Shown here piece after piece: positions 30,425 to 38,187 of a stretch of DNA of 64,000 nt. The position numbers were made by a program, and so were the translations under genes. Source of the DNA: Candidatus Omnitrophota bacterium. GTDB taxonomy: Bacteria; Omnitrophota; Omnitrophia; Omnitrophales; Aquincolibacteriaceae. Below the pieces are notes generated by a model. It was given only the letters and a program-made list of their open reading frames with translations, did no database searches and was not told the origin of the DNA. The DNA is taken from NCBI GenBank assembly GCA_018883425.1, contig VFQY01000001.1, positions 432 to 64,431 on the forward strand, read 5' to 3'. Every line of letters begins with the position of its first letter. Within the stretch, counting starts at the first letter, position 1.

Positions 30425-30643
30425 TTACTGATTCATCCGGTTCATGAGCCAGGCATCCAGGACATCTTTCTTAAAACGCCATTGTCCGCCGATTTTCGTA
30501 GCGGGAATCTCCTGCTTCTTGAGAAGACGGTAGATGGTCACGAGGTGAAACCCGAGATATTTCGCAGCTTCCTTAGGCGTCATGATCTGGGTGCGCTGCC
30601 GCTGCTGCTGAGGCTGCTGTGAATCAGATTTATTCGTTTCCAT
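30425..30643 (-). CDS. Small excisionase/MerR-like HTH (HTH_17) DNA-binding protein, copy 2
   Basis: Core RTQIMTPKE...DAWLM identical to copy 1; Gln-rich N-terminus; start at ATG 30643. Confidence 0.88.
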   Translation of the reverse strand: METNKSDSQQPQQQRQRTQIMTPKEAAKYLGFHLVTIYRLLKKQEIPATKIGGQWRFKKDVLDAWLMNRMNQ

Positions 30644-30702
30644 AGTCTCTCGCCTGTTTAGAGTGGCTGGTTTTTTCCCCAAGTCGACAGCAAATGAGGG
30701 AA

Positions 30703-30750
30703 ATCCTAGGCTTTTGACTATATCTTGTCAAGAATTGTTATTTATTTTTA
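30703..30750 (-). promoter_or_regulatory. Sigma70-type promoter of HTH copy 2 with conserved upstream element
   Basis: Minus strand TAAAAATAAATAACAA-ttc-TTGACA-N17-TAGGAT; TTGAC-N8-GTCAA dyad at 30714-30731. Confidence 0.72.
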
Positions 30751-30793
30751 GTCCGGAGCTCTTTTTAGTTGAATCCTGCAGAAATTTCCAATG

Positions 30794-31360
30794 CTAGACC
30801 TTGGAGGGGAATTCCCCCGCCAGAACATCTTGAACCGAAAAAATAGGTGAATAATTGTATCCTGCTAAAACCTGATCGGCGCCTTCGGCCCGATCCACAA
30901 GACACACAACCTTCACAACCTTAGCTTTGAGCTTTTCAACTTCGTGAATGGCCTTAAGAACAGACCCGCCCGTCGTGATCACATCCTCAACCATGACCAC
31001 CCGATCCCCCTCTTCAATCGCCGGCCCTTCAATCATCCTCTGCATGCCGTGATCCTTCGACTCTTTTCGGACAATAAAAGCTTTGAGGGGGTGACCGGAC
31101 TGCGAGCTGAGAAGGGAAACCGCCGCAGCAATCGGATCGGCGCCGAGCGTCGGACCGCCTACCGCAGAAGCGCCTGTTCCGTGCAGCATATTCAAAATAA
31201 CTTTCCCAGTGAGAAAGAGACCCTGGGGATCGAGCGTTACTTGCTTGCCGTCGATGTAAAAATTCGAGGTTTTTCCCGAAGCAAGAGTCCGGCTGCCTTT
31301 CATCAAGGCTTTCTGTTTCAAGAGGGCAAGCAGTTCTTCTTTCAACTTAGCTTCATCCAT
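30794..31360 (-). CDS. pyrE: Orotate phosphoribosyltransferase
   Basis: LASGKTSNFYID, VRKESKDHG, VEDVITTGGS PRPP motif; start at ATG 31360 after AAGGAG. Confidence 0.93.
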   Translation of the reverse strand: MDEAKLKEELLALLKQKALMKGSRTLASGKTSNFYIDGKQVTLDPQGLFLTGKVILNMLHGTGASAVGGPTLGADPIAAAVSLLSSQSGHPLKAFIVRKESKDHGMQRMIEGPAIEEGDRVVMVEDVITTGGSVLKAIHEVEKLKAKVVKVVCLVDRAEGADQVLAGYNYSPIFSVQDVLAGEFPSKV

Positions 31361-31389
31361 AGAGCATCGTCTCCTTAAGTGAGATTCCC

Positions 31390-31418
31390 ATGATACGTTC
31401 AAGCGATTCAAATTGCAA
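31390..31418 (-). promoter_or_regulatory. Sigma70-type promoter of pyrE
   Basis: Minus strand TTGCAA-N17-TATCAT. Confidence 0.6.
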
Positions 31419-31426
31419 TGATCAGG

Positions 31427-31450
31427 CCCGCGCGCGCGCGCGGGGGGGGG
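31427..31450. repeat. CC(CG)7GG palindrome followed by a G-run
   Basis: cccgcgcgcgcgcgcggggggggg read directly, intergenic between the trmJ-like gene and pyrE. Confidence 0.8.
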
Positions 31451-31452
31451 CA

Positions 31453-32172
31453 TCAGGAATTTTTGGGATATTTCTGAACGGCCCTTTCGACGATACGGCG
31501 CGACAAGCCTTTAATCATTTCCCCTTCACTCCTAAGAAGGCCCTGGCGCTTGAGAAGCGCGCGAAAAGTCGAATCAATTCTCCGGGCAATTGCGGGTTTG
31601 TATTCAAGAGACTCCACCGCCCTCATGAAGCTGGCCATCACAGACTCAAATTCCTCTTTTGAAACCTGATCCCACTTTTCATACCCCTCAGCTTTGACCG
31701 TCCCTTGAAAGAGCGAGAAACAGACAATCATCACGGCCTGCGCCAGGTTAATCGAGGGATATTCGTCACCTGTGGGAATCGTGGTAAACCAGTCACAGAC
31801 ATGAAGGTCTTCGTTCGAAAGCCCCTTGGATTCCTTCCCGAAAATGATCGCTGCTGTTTTTTCGCGGCTGACGTCACGAAGTTTCCGAACCGCTGCATGG
31901 TATTCCAGGAACGCCCGCCGCCGTCCGCCCTGGCGGCGCGTTGTCCCTATAACCCAAACCGTGTCGCGGACGGCTGACTTCAAATCGTCATAGATTTTGG
32001 CCTGGTCTAAAAAGGGATCTGCTCCCACCGCCAGTTTGCGGGCTTTCTCACGCCAGCCTCCCGGCGGCTTTACAAGCCTGAGATCGTTCAAACCCATATT
32101 TTTCATGGCTCGGGCGACAGCCCCGATATTGTCGGGAATTTCAGGTTCGACGAGAACAATCGCGACAGACAA
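31453..32172 (-). CDS. trmJ: TrmJ/LasT-family SPOUT RNA methyltransferase
   Basis: VLVEP....NIGAVARAMKNMG, FGKESKGLSNE, YPSINLAQAV. Confidence 0.82.
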   Translation of the reverse strand: MSVAIVLVEPEIPDNIGAVARAMKNMGLNDLRLVKPPGGWREKARKLAVGADPFLDQAKIYDDLKSAVRDTVWVIGTTRRQGGRRRAFLEYHAAVRKLRDVSREKTAAIIFGKESKGLSNEDLHVCDWFTTIPTGDEYPSINLAQAVMIVCFSLFQGTVKAEGYEKWDQVSKEEFESVMASFMRAVESLEYKPAIARRIDSTFRALLKRQGLLRSEGEMIKGLSRRIVERAVQKYPKNS

Positions 32173-32232
32173 GGTACTCTCCTTTTAAGTTACTGCTTGA
32201 ATCCTCTGGAGCGCATCCCTCATAATCTTCTT

Positions 32233-33018
32233 ATGAGTTCAAAAATCCCTTGGGTGATTGGTCACCGGGGCGCCTCAGCCCTGCTTCCCGAAAACACACT
32301 GGAATCCTTCCGCCTGGCTTTCGGTGAGCATGCGGCGGACATGATCGAATTTGATGTCCATCTTTCAGCCGACGGCGTCCCTGTCGTCATTCATGATGAG
32401 ACCCTTGAAAGGACTACCGACGGACAAGGTCCTGTCGTAGACCGGACACTTGCGGAACTTCAAAAGTTCGACGCAGGATTCCGGTTCGACCCCGGGGGCC
32501 TGGCTTCCTTTCCTTGCCGCGGCAAGGGGATCAGAATTCCATCGCTGGAAGAAGTCCTCCGAGAGTTTCAAGGCCGCCGCCTAGCCGTGGAAATCAAGGC
32601 AACGGACCCATCTCTCGTTGCTAAGGTGCTTCAGCTGATCAAAACATACGGCGCCGAAAAAAACTGCATTGTCGGTTCCCTGGAGGATACGGTTTTTCAA
32701 AATATCCTGCGGGCTGATGCACCGACCCGCGTGTTCACTTCAAAAAAAGCTGTTTTCCGCCTGCTCGCCGAATCCTTTTTTCATCCTTTGAACCCCCGAA
32801 AAACACCCAAGCTCGTTGCTTCGCTCCCGGCCGAAAGCCGTTTCCCGGATCTGAAGAAAAAAAATTGGATCGATTGGCTTCACCGCAAGGACATTGAGGT
32901 CTATTATTGGACCGTGAATGACCCGGAAAAAATGCGTCTGCTGGCAGACAGAAAAGCCGACGGCATCATGTCCGACAATCCCGGGCTTATCCGCAAAAGC
33001 CTTCTCCAGGCTTCCTGA
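32233..33018 (+). CDS. Glycerophosphodiester phosphodiesterase
   Basis: GHRGA..PENT, IEFDV, HDETL.RTT, VEIK, WTVND, DGIMSD.P. Confidence 0.9.
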   Translation: MSSKIPWVIGHRGASALLPENTLESFRLAFGEHAADMIEFDVHLSADGVPVVIHDETLERTTDGQGPVVDRTLAELQKFDAGFRFDPGGLASFPCRGKGIRIPSLEEVLREFQGRRLAVEIKATDPSLVAKVLQLIKTYGAEKNCIVGSLEDTVFQNILRADAPTRVFTSKKAVFRLLAESFFHPLNPRKTPKLVASLPAESRFPDLKKKNWIDWLHRKDIEVYYWTVNDPEKMRLLADRKADGIMSDNPGLIRKSLLQAS

Positions 33019-33364
33019 ACTGCTCCCTTAAGCGCAGAAACCGGGCTTCATAAATCATGCGGTAGGTTTCCATCTTATCAGGAAAGAACCCTGCGGCTTT
33101 CTCCCTCAGCTTGTCCTGCGCAATCTGAATATCGACATCCTCAAACCGGTCGTCAAGAATCATGCGGCAGATCTCTTCCGCATCGCTTTGAATTTCGAGG
33201 GCTTTGACACGTTCATCTTCACTTTCAAAAAACCGCAGGAAATCCTCAACCGTTTCTAACCCGAGAACATCCAGCTCACGCCCGCAAACACATCGTATTT
33301 TACGGTCCCCCTCGAACTCCGTCACATCATGCTTGCGGCCGCAGCCGGGACATTGAACGGGCAT
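32987..33364 (-). CDS. Hypothetical protein with N-terminal Zn-ribbon
   Basis: CPGCG...CVCG followed by an acidic helical domain; operonic spacing. Confidence 0.7.
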   Translation of the reverse strand: MPVQCPGCGRKHDVTEFEGDRKIRCVCGRELDVLGLETVEDFLRFFESEDERVKALEIQSDAEEICRMILDDRFEDVDIQIAQDKLREKAAGFFPDKMETYRMIYEARFLRLREQFRKPGEGFCG

Positions 33365-33379
33365 AAGATCTGCCTCTTC

Positions 33380-33754
33380 TTAGGCGCGGCTTTCGCTGAT
33401 TTGCCAGGGATAATCGCTTAGACCCATAGCATCGGTCAGCGGAGAGAGATCGGCGCTAAAGGGCTGCACAAAAGGCGTCAGCACGATGTCATAGACTGCT
33501 GAAATGGCCCTTGTAAAAATATTCGTCACGGTTCTGGGAACGGCCGTAACAGGCCAAAGGCGGGGGTGAATCGCGGACTCCTCTGCGGGTGTGCGTACAA
33601 GCTCCGCGGGCATGCCCAAAACATTCAAAAAACCTCTAGCCTCCGCTTGCGCCATGCGGTCGAAAACTCCGGCCTCGCTGCGGCCCGTGTCGTAGGCGAA
33701 GGCCGGAAAAATTGGAAGAAGAACACAAAGAAAAAAAAGGCTCACTTTTTTCAT
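33380..33754 (-). CDS. Secreted TIGR04073-like protein (divergent)
   Basis: Signal peptide, RGFLNVLGMPAELVRTP...R..SAVYDIVL.PF pattern shared with the 27790 protein. Confidence 0.55.
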   Translation of the reverse strand: MKKVSLFFLCVLLPIFPAFAYDTGRSEAGVFDRMAQAEARGFLNVLGMPAELVRTPAEESAIHPRLWPVTAVPRTVTNIFTRAISAVYDIVLTPFVQPFSADLSPLTDAMGLSDYPWQISESRA

Positions 33755-35106
33755 ATGCTTGATGTCTCCATGTCTGTAGTTGCTTCTATCTTTTCGGCTG
33801 CAGCTGCAAAAAATCCATCGTTTTCATCGGAAGGCCAGAGTCTGGAACCCCAGGCTGAGACAGTCCCAAATCCGCTCAGAGGGATCAGGCGGAAGTCTTT
33901 ACGGTTCGAAAAAACCTTCTCGATCACGGCTTCATTTTCTTCTTTCTCCAGCGAACACGTCACATAGAAAACACGGCCGCCCTTACGCAATCTCGGGAGA
34001 ACCCCTTCGAGTATTTTAACCTGCTCACTTTGCTGCCTCAAAAAAAGATCCTCGGTGAGTTTCCACTTTGCGTCGGGATTGCGCCTCAACGTTCCGGTTC
34101 CCGAGCACGGCGCATCCACGAGAATACAGTCAAAGCCTTGACGGGCTGAGCGGATTTCATCCATGCGGTTCAGGTCCGCAGGAAAAACATTGAAAAGCCC
34201 CGCCCGCTTAGCCCTTTTTTTAAGATCCTGAAGCTTCTGAGGGCGGATATCGGTTGCCACAATACGTCCTTTATTCTCAAGGATCGCCCCCATCAGCAGA
34301 CTTTTACCGCCGCCCCCCGCGCAGGCATCCCAAACAAGCTGACCGGGCTTGAGACCCAAAACCTCGCAAACCTTTTGACTGCCGGCATCCTGCACTTCAA
34401 AAAGTCCCTGTTTAAATTCCTCGAGATCAAAAACAGCCGCTCTCTCCTCAAAGACAATAGCCCAGGGAGTCAGGCCGCAAGTGCGCACAGAAAATCCCGC
34501 CTTTTTAAACTTCTGCATCAGGTCATGGCGGCTGATTTTAACGGGGTTGACCCGTACGGTGAGCGGCGGCCGTTTTTCGTAAATTTCCAGCAAGGGACGC
34601 ACGCGCCCGGATCCGAAATCCCGGAGCCAGCGGGCGACCATCCACTCGGGAAAAGAAAATCTCAAGGCCAGAGCCGGAGATCCTGAAGCCGGCTCCAGGA
34701 CTGGAAACTTGAAGGCCAGAAACGATGCGCATTTTTTAGAAACGAAAGCCGTTTGCTTTTCATTCAGCGGAGAAGCCTCCGCCCATTGCGCGCCGGTAAT
34801 CTGGCCGTCGAGGAGCGCCCCGAGACTGGCCCACAGCAGAGCGTCATGGGGTCCGCCCAGAAAGTCGGCCCATGCCGCAATGTAACTGCGGTGACGAAAA
34901 AGCGAGTAAATGGTTTGCGATAAAAATCTGCGGTCCTGAGAACCCAGCTTTTTTCTGTTCCTAAAAAAATAGTTTCCAAGCCATCGGTCCGCCGGCGCCG
35001 ATGCGATCCGGATTTCCTCCCAAAGGGAGGCCGCATGACAGAGCCGGGCATGCTGTCTTCTCGAGGACACAGGATCGCTTCCCTCGGCGCGCAGCGGAGT
35101 GCTCAA
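33751..35106 (-). CDS. RsmB/NOP family RNA m5C methyltransferase
   Basis: VQDAGSQ, DACAGGGGKS, DAPCSGTGTLRRNPD, YVTCS..EENE, DGFF. Confidence 0.9.
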   Translation of the reverse strand: MSTPLRAEGSDPVSSRRQHARLCHAASLWEEIRIASAPADRWLGNYFFRNRKKLGSQDRRFLSQTIYSLFRHRSYIAAWADFLGGPHDALLWASLGALLDGQITGAQWAEASPLNEKQTAFVSKKCASFLAFKFPVLEPASGSPALALRFSFPEWMVARWLRDFGSGRVRPLLEIYEKRPPLTVRVNPVKISRHDLMQKFKKAGFSVRTCGLTPWAIVFEERAAVFDLEEFKQGLFEVQDAGSQKVCEVLGLKPGQLVWDACAGGGGKSLLMGAILENKGRIVATDIRPQKLQDLKKRAKRAGLFNVFPADLNRMDEIRSARQGFDCILVDAPCSGTGTLRRNPDAKWKLTEDLFLRQQSEQVKILEGVLPRLRKGGRVFYVTCSLEKEENEAVIEKVFSNRKDFRLIPLSGFGTVSAWGSRLWPSDENDGFFAAAAEKIEATTDMETSSI

Positions 35107-36248
35107 GCTCCGCCTCCCCGAGCTGCTTCATCGCCCTGCGGAAACTCGGCAAAGGGCTCCCTCGGCGCAAGCTGCTCAATGCGGGCGAACAAACTGCGGA
35201 ACCCGAGCTTCTCCTTGGCTGAAATAAGAATCCCTGCCGGCCACTCTCCCTGAATCCGGTCCTGAGCTTCACGGGTCATAAGATCGGCTTTGTTAAGGGC
35301 GAGAATGACGGGTTTAGAACCCGCCCCGATTTCTCCGAGAACTTTCTCAACGGCCGCCTTCGTGTCCTGAGGACTCGGAGCGGATGCATCCAAGACATGG
35401 ACAAGAACATCAGCTTCGGAAACTTCTTCAAGCGTCGCATGGAAGGCGCGAATGAGCCCGTGAGGAAGATCGCGCAGAAAGCCGACAGTGTCCACAAAAA
35501 GAAGATCCTTTCTGCCGCTCATTTTGGGAGCGCGGGTCGTGGTGTCGAGCGTCGCAAAAAGCTTGTCTTCCACATACGTCGAGGCTCCGGTCAAAGCATT
35601 CAGCAAGGTCGATTTGCCCGCATTGGTATAGCCCACAAGAGCGACCGTCGTCAAACGCCTCCGCCGGCGTCCAGCCCTGAGAAGTTCGCGGTGCTTCTTA
35701 ACCTTCTTGAGCTCTTCTTTAACGCTTTGAATCCGTTTACGAAATTTGCGGCGATCCGTCTCAAGTTCCGTTTCTCCAGGGCCCCTCGTTCCGATACCGC
35801 CTCCGAGACGCGAAAAAACGACTCCTAAACCGCCTAATCTTGGGAGCATGTATTCCAGCCGCGCGAGCTCTACCTGAAGCTTACCTTCACTGGTCTTCGC
35901 GCGGCGGCCGAAGATGTCGAGGATCAGTCCCGTTCTATCGACGGCGGGAATCTTGGTAAACTTCTCGATGTTGCGAACCTGCGCAGGCGTCAAATCGACG
36001 TTAAAAAAAAGAGTATTCGCTCCCGCTGCTTTAGCTTGCTGACGAATTTCCTCGAGTTTACCTTCTCTGAGAAAATGGCTTGGGCTAGGGTGCGGCAGAT
36101 GGGCTTGGGTCACTCCCGTCACCTCGACGAGACAGGATCGGGTAAGCTCCATCATCTCCTGCGTGCTCTCCTCAAGAAATGATTTCGATCGCTGCCAGGT
36201 CTGGAGAATTACGAGGTACGCTCTGCTGCGCCCTTTTTGATAGATCAC
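35103..36248 (-). CDS. hflX: Ribosome-splitting GTPase HflX
   Basis: GGIGTRGPGE, GYTNAGKST, FATLD, DTVGF, NKAD; start moved to GTG 36248 (AAGGA SD, just after the yciH stop). Confidence 0.93.
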   Translation of the reverse strand: MIYQKGRSRAYLVILQTWQRSKSFLEESTQEMMELTRSCLVEVTGVTQAHLPHPSPSHFLREGKLEEIRQQAKAAGANTLFFNVDLTPAQVRNIEKFTKIPAVDRTGLILDIFGRRAKTSEGKLQVELARLEYMLPRLGGLGVVFSRLGGGIGTRGPGETELETDRRKFRKRIQSVKEELKKVKKHRELLRAGRRRRRLTTVALVGYTNAGKSTLLNALTGASTYVEDKLFATLDTTTRAPKMSGRKDLLFVDTVGFLRDLPHGLIRAFHATLEEVSEADVLVHVLDASAPSPQDTKAAVEKVLGEIGAGSKPVILALNKADLMTREAQDRIQGEWPAGILISAKEKLGFRSLFARIEQLAPREPFAEFPQGDEAARGGGA

Positions 36249-36252
36249 GCTT

Positions 36253-36608
36253 TTATCCTTTGCAGACAATTCCCTGGGACGCCAAAATTTTTCGAATATT
36301 CTCTCTTTTGTCTCCCTGGATCTCGATGAAACCGAACTTGTCCCCGTAGCCGAAAGTTCCTCCGGCGCCGCAGCGGTTCTTGAGTTCACGCGAGAGTTTC
36401 AGCAAGAGGGATTCCGCCCTAGGAAAACCGTCAATCACCGTGACTATCTTTCCGCCCCGCCCGGATTTCTCAAGCCGCAGACTAACGCGCAGGGACGTTC
36501 AGCAGATTCCTCCGGCCGGCACACACAGGATTCCTTCAGTTCACGGCATTGGGGACATTTTTTATTTTTTTCCGGATCCGTGGAATACACCAGACGGGAC
36601 TCGCTCAC
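36253..36608 (-). pseudogene. yciH: SUI1/YciH translation initiation factor homolog split by a 1-nt frameshift near 36492-36495
   Basis: Frame 1 from GTG 36608: VSESRLVYSTDPEKNKKCPQCRELKESCVC...ERP. The -1 frame continues LRVSLRLEKSGRGGKIVTVIDG...LKNRCGAGGT...IEIQGDKRE. Confidence 0.85.
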
Positions 36609-36697
36609 GCGAAAACTCCGAGGGCGGGGTGCCCGCGGCGTGAACACCGGGCAGCTCTGAGGATACAATAAACTTCGGCTGAGGGTCGCATGAAATC

Positions 36698-36913
36698 TCA
36701 GCCGCTTACTTTTTTGAAAGCGTAGCGTTCCCGGATGTTCTCGCGGAAGAAACACCCGTGAGATTCCGCTTTCAAGAAGGCCCGGTAGACATCCGGCGGG
36801 ACCTGTTCATAGTGATAAACACCTCCTGCCCTAAAGGCGACTTCGAGGGAAGCTTTTGACTCATCATATCCGATGACGGCAATATCACGCGACCGCACTG
36901 CGATTCTTTCCAT
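36698..36913 (-). CDS. KTSC domain protein
   Basis: V.S..I..IGYD.....LEV.F..G.VYHY..VP..VY..F..AESHG.FF...IR; AGGAG SD. Confidence 0.88.
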   Translation of the reverse strand: MERIAVRSRDIAVIGYDESKASLEVAFRAGGVYHYEQVPPDVYRAFLKAESHGCFFRENIRERYAFKKVSG

Positions 36914-37001
36914 GTCACTTCTCCTGAGGGCGTCTTTTTGATTTGCGCTTATTATATTCAGCCTCGATTGGGATTGCCAGACATCCAAAAATATATTTAT
37001 T

Positions 37002-37424
37002 TTAAAAAAATTTCCCCGCGGCGTCCTCGGCCAGCCCATGGATTCTTTCTACCTCGCCGGCCCTTCTCGTTAGACCCCTGAGCGAGAGCTCGGCAAGCAG
37101 GACCCTTCGGACCAGCTCAGCAGCCTTCTGACGATTCGTTTTAAGCACGTCCTGGCGAGCCATAAAATCCTCGCAGCTGCAACGGATCAGCGTCACTAAG
37201 CTTTCTAAATCGGGCCCCGAATACTTCCGGCTTCTTAAGTAAGCTTCCGCGGTTTTTTCCCACCGCCCTTCTTCAGAATGCTCCGTTTGGGAGTATTGAA
37301 CATAGAGGCCGCAGATTTTTCGAGCGTGTTTTTTCGCGATCCGGTGAGGACGAACGGCGCGCCCAATGAGGACGGCGGCAAGCAGCAGGAGAAAGAATAC
37401 AGCTGTAAAGAAAAAAATGCTCAC
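37002..37424 (-). CDS. Hypothetical membrane-anchored protein
   Basis: N-terminal hydrophobic helix; 7 bp downstream of the previous gene. Confidence 0.6.
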   Translation of the reverse strand: MSIFFFTAVFFLLLLAAVLIGRAVRPHRIAKKHARKICGLYVQYSQTEHSEEGRWEKTAEAYLRSRKYSGPDLESLVTLIRCSCEDFMARQDVLKTNRQKAAELVRRVLLAELSLRGLTRRAGEVERIHGLAEDAAGKFF

Positions 37425-37431
37425 TTCAAAA

Positions 37432-38109
37432 CTAGACTTTCTGGAATGACGCAGGCATCAGATCGGGAACGGGCAGCGTGTCCTGCTGCCGTAAATCCTG
37501 AAGATTTTGCTTGAGCGCCGACACGTCAAGCTCCAAAGCTCCTTTGATTCTCCGTGACCCGAGCTGATCCAAGAGCATTTCGAGTTTAGCCGCTGTGACA
37601 GCTTTAGCTTCAAGCTGATGCATAAAATTCCGCCGAAGTGCTTGAATCTCATCTCCCGAGTTTTTCAGTTCCAGGGATAAACTCTCGGCTCTGGCTTCGG
37701 CCACCCGAGCCCGAATCTCAAACTCGCGGGTCGCTTTGAGAACCTGAACCTCCGTGCGCAGATTCGAGCCCCACGAAATTAACAGGCTGCCCGCTCCGAG
37801 CCCGGCACAAAGGGCGAGGGCGCTCAGACGCATCGTTTTCAGGCTATAGCTCGCCGCAAGATTCAGGCGGTATTGGTTCTGCTCAGCCCGCTCTGAGTTT
37901 AAAGAGGTTTGGAGCTCAGAAACACTCGCTTTGAGCCTCGACACCTCCCGGCGCGCCGTCTCGGCATAAGCCTCAGCCGACTGAGCTTTTTTCAAGGCCT
38001 TGCTGAGTTCCTTGCGGGAACGGAACTTCTCAGCCCAAAACCCGGTCCATGCCGCCGTCAAAACGCCTAAGGTTATAAGACCCAGCTCGATCAGCTCTTT
38101 TTCCGCCAT
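37432..38109 (-). CDS. Hypothetical two-TM coiled-coil protein
   Basis: AAAGGAG SD; TM, coiled coil, TM, coiled coil layout. Confidence 0.7.
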   Translation of the reverse strand: MAEKELIELGLITLGVLTAAWTGFWAEKFRSRKELSKALKKAQSAEAYAETARREVSRLKASVSELQTSLNSERAEQNQYRLNLAASYSLKTMRLSALALCAGLGAGSLLISWGSNLRTEVQVLKATREFEIRARVAEARAESLSLELKNSGDEIQALRRNFMHQLEAKAVTAAKLEMLLDQLGSRRIKGALELDVSALKQNLQDLRQQDTLPVPDLMPASFQKV

Positions 38110-38141
38110 GACCCGCTCCTTTGTTGGATTCGACCGTTACA

Positions 38142-38149
38142 TTATCGGC
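38142..38149 (-). promoter_or_regulatory. Candidate sigma-28 -10 element
   Basis: Exact GCCGATAA 32 nt upstream of ATG 38109; -35 match is poor (CATG at N15). Confidence 0.4.
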
Positions 38150-38187
38150 CTAGGCGTGCTTTTTCATGCGCGAAAAATCGAACATCA

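Noticed and set aside
27317-30643. Prophage or ICE suggested by excisionase-like genes
   Set aside because: No integrase, att-like repeats, tRNA target or phage genes in the window.
36249-36389. N-terminal extension of HflX in the ORF track
   Set aside because: It overlaps the yciH 3' half; a GTG with an SD at 36248 is the better start.
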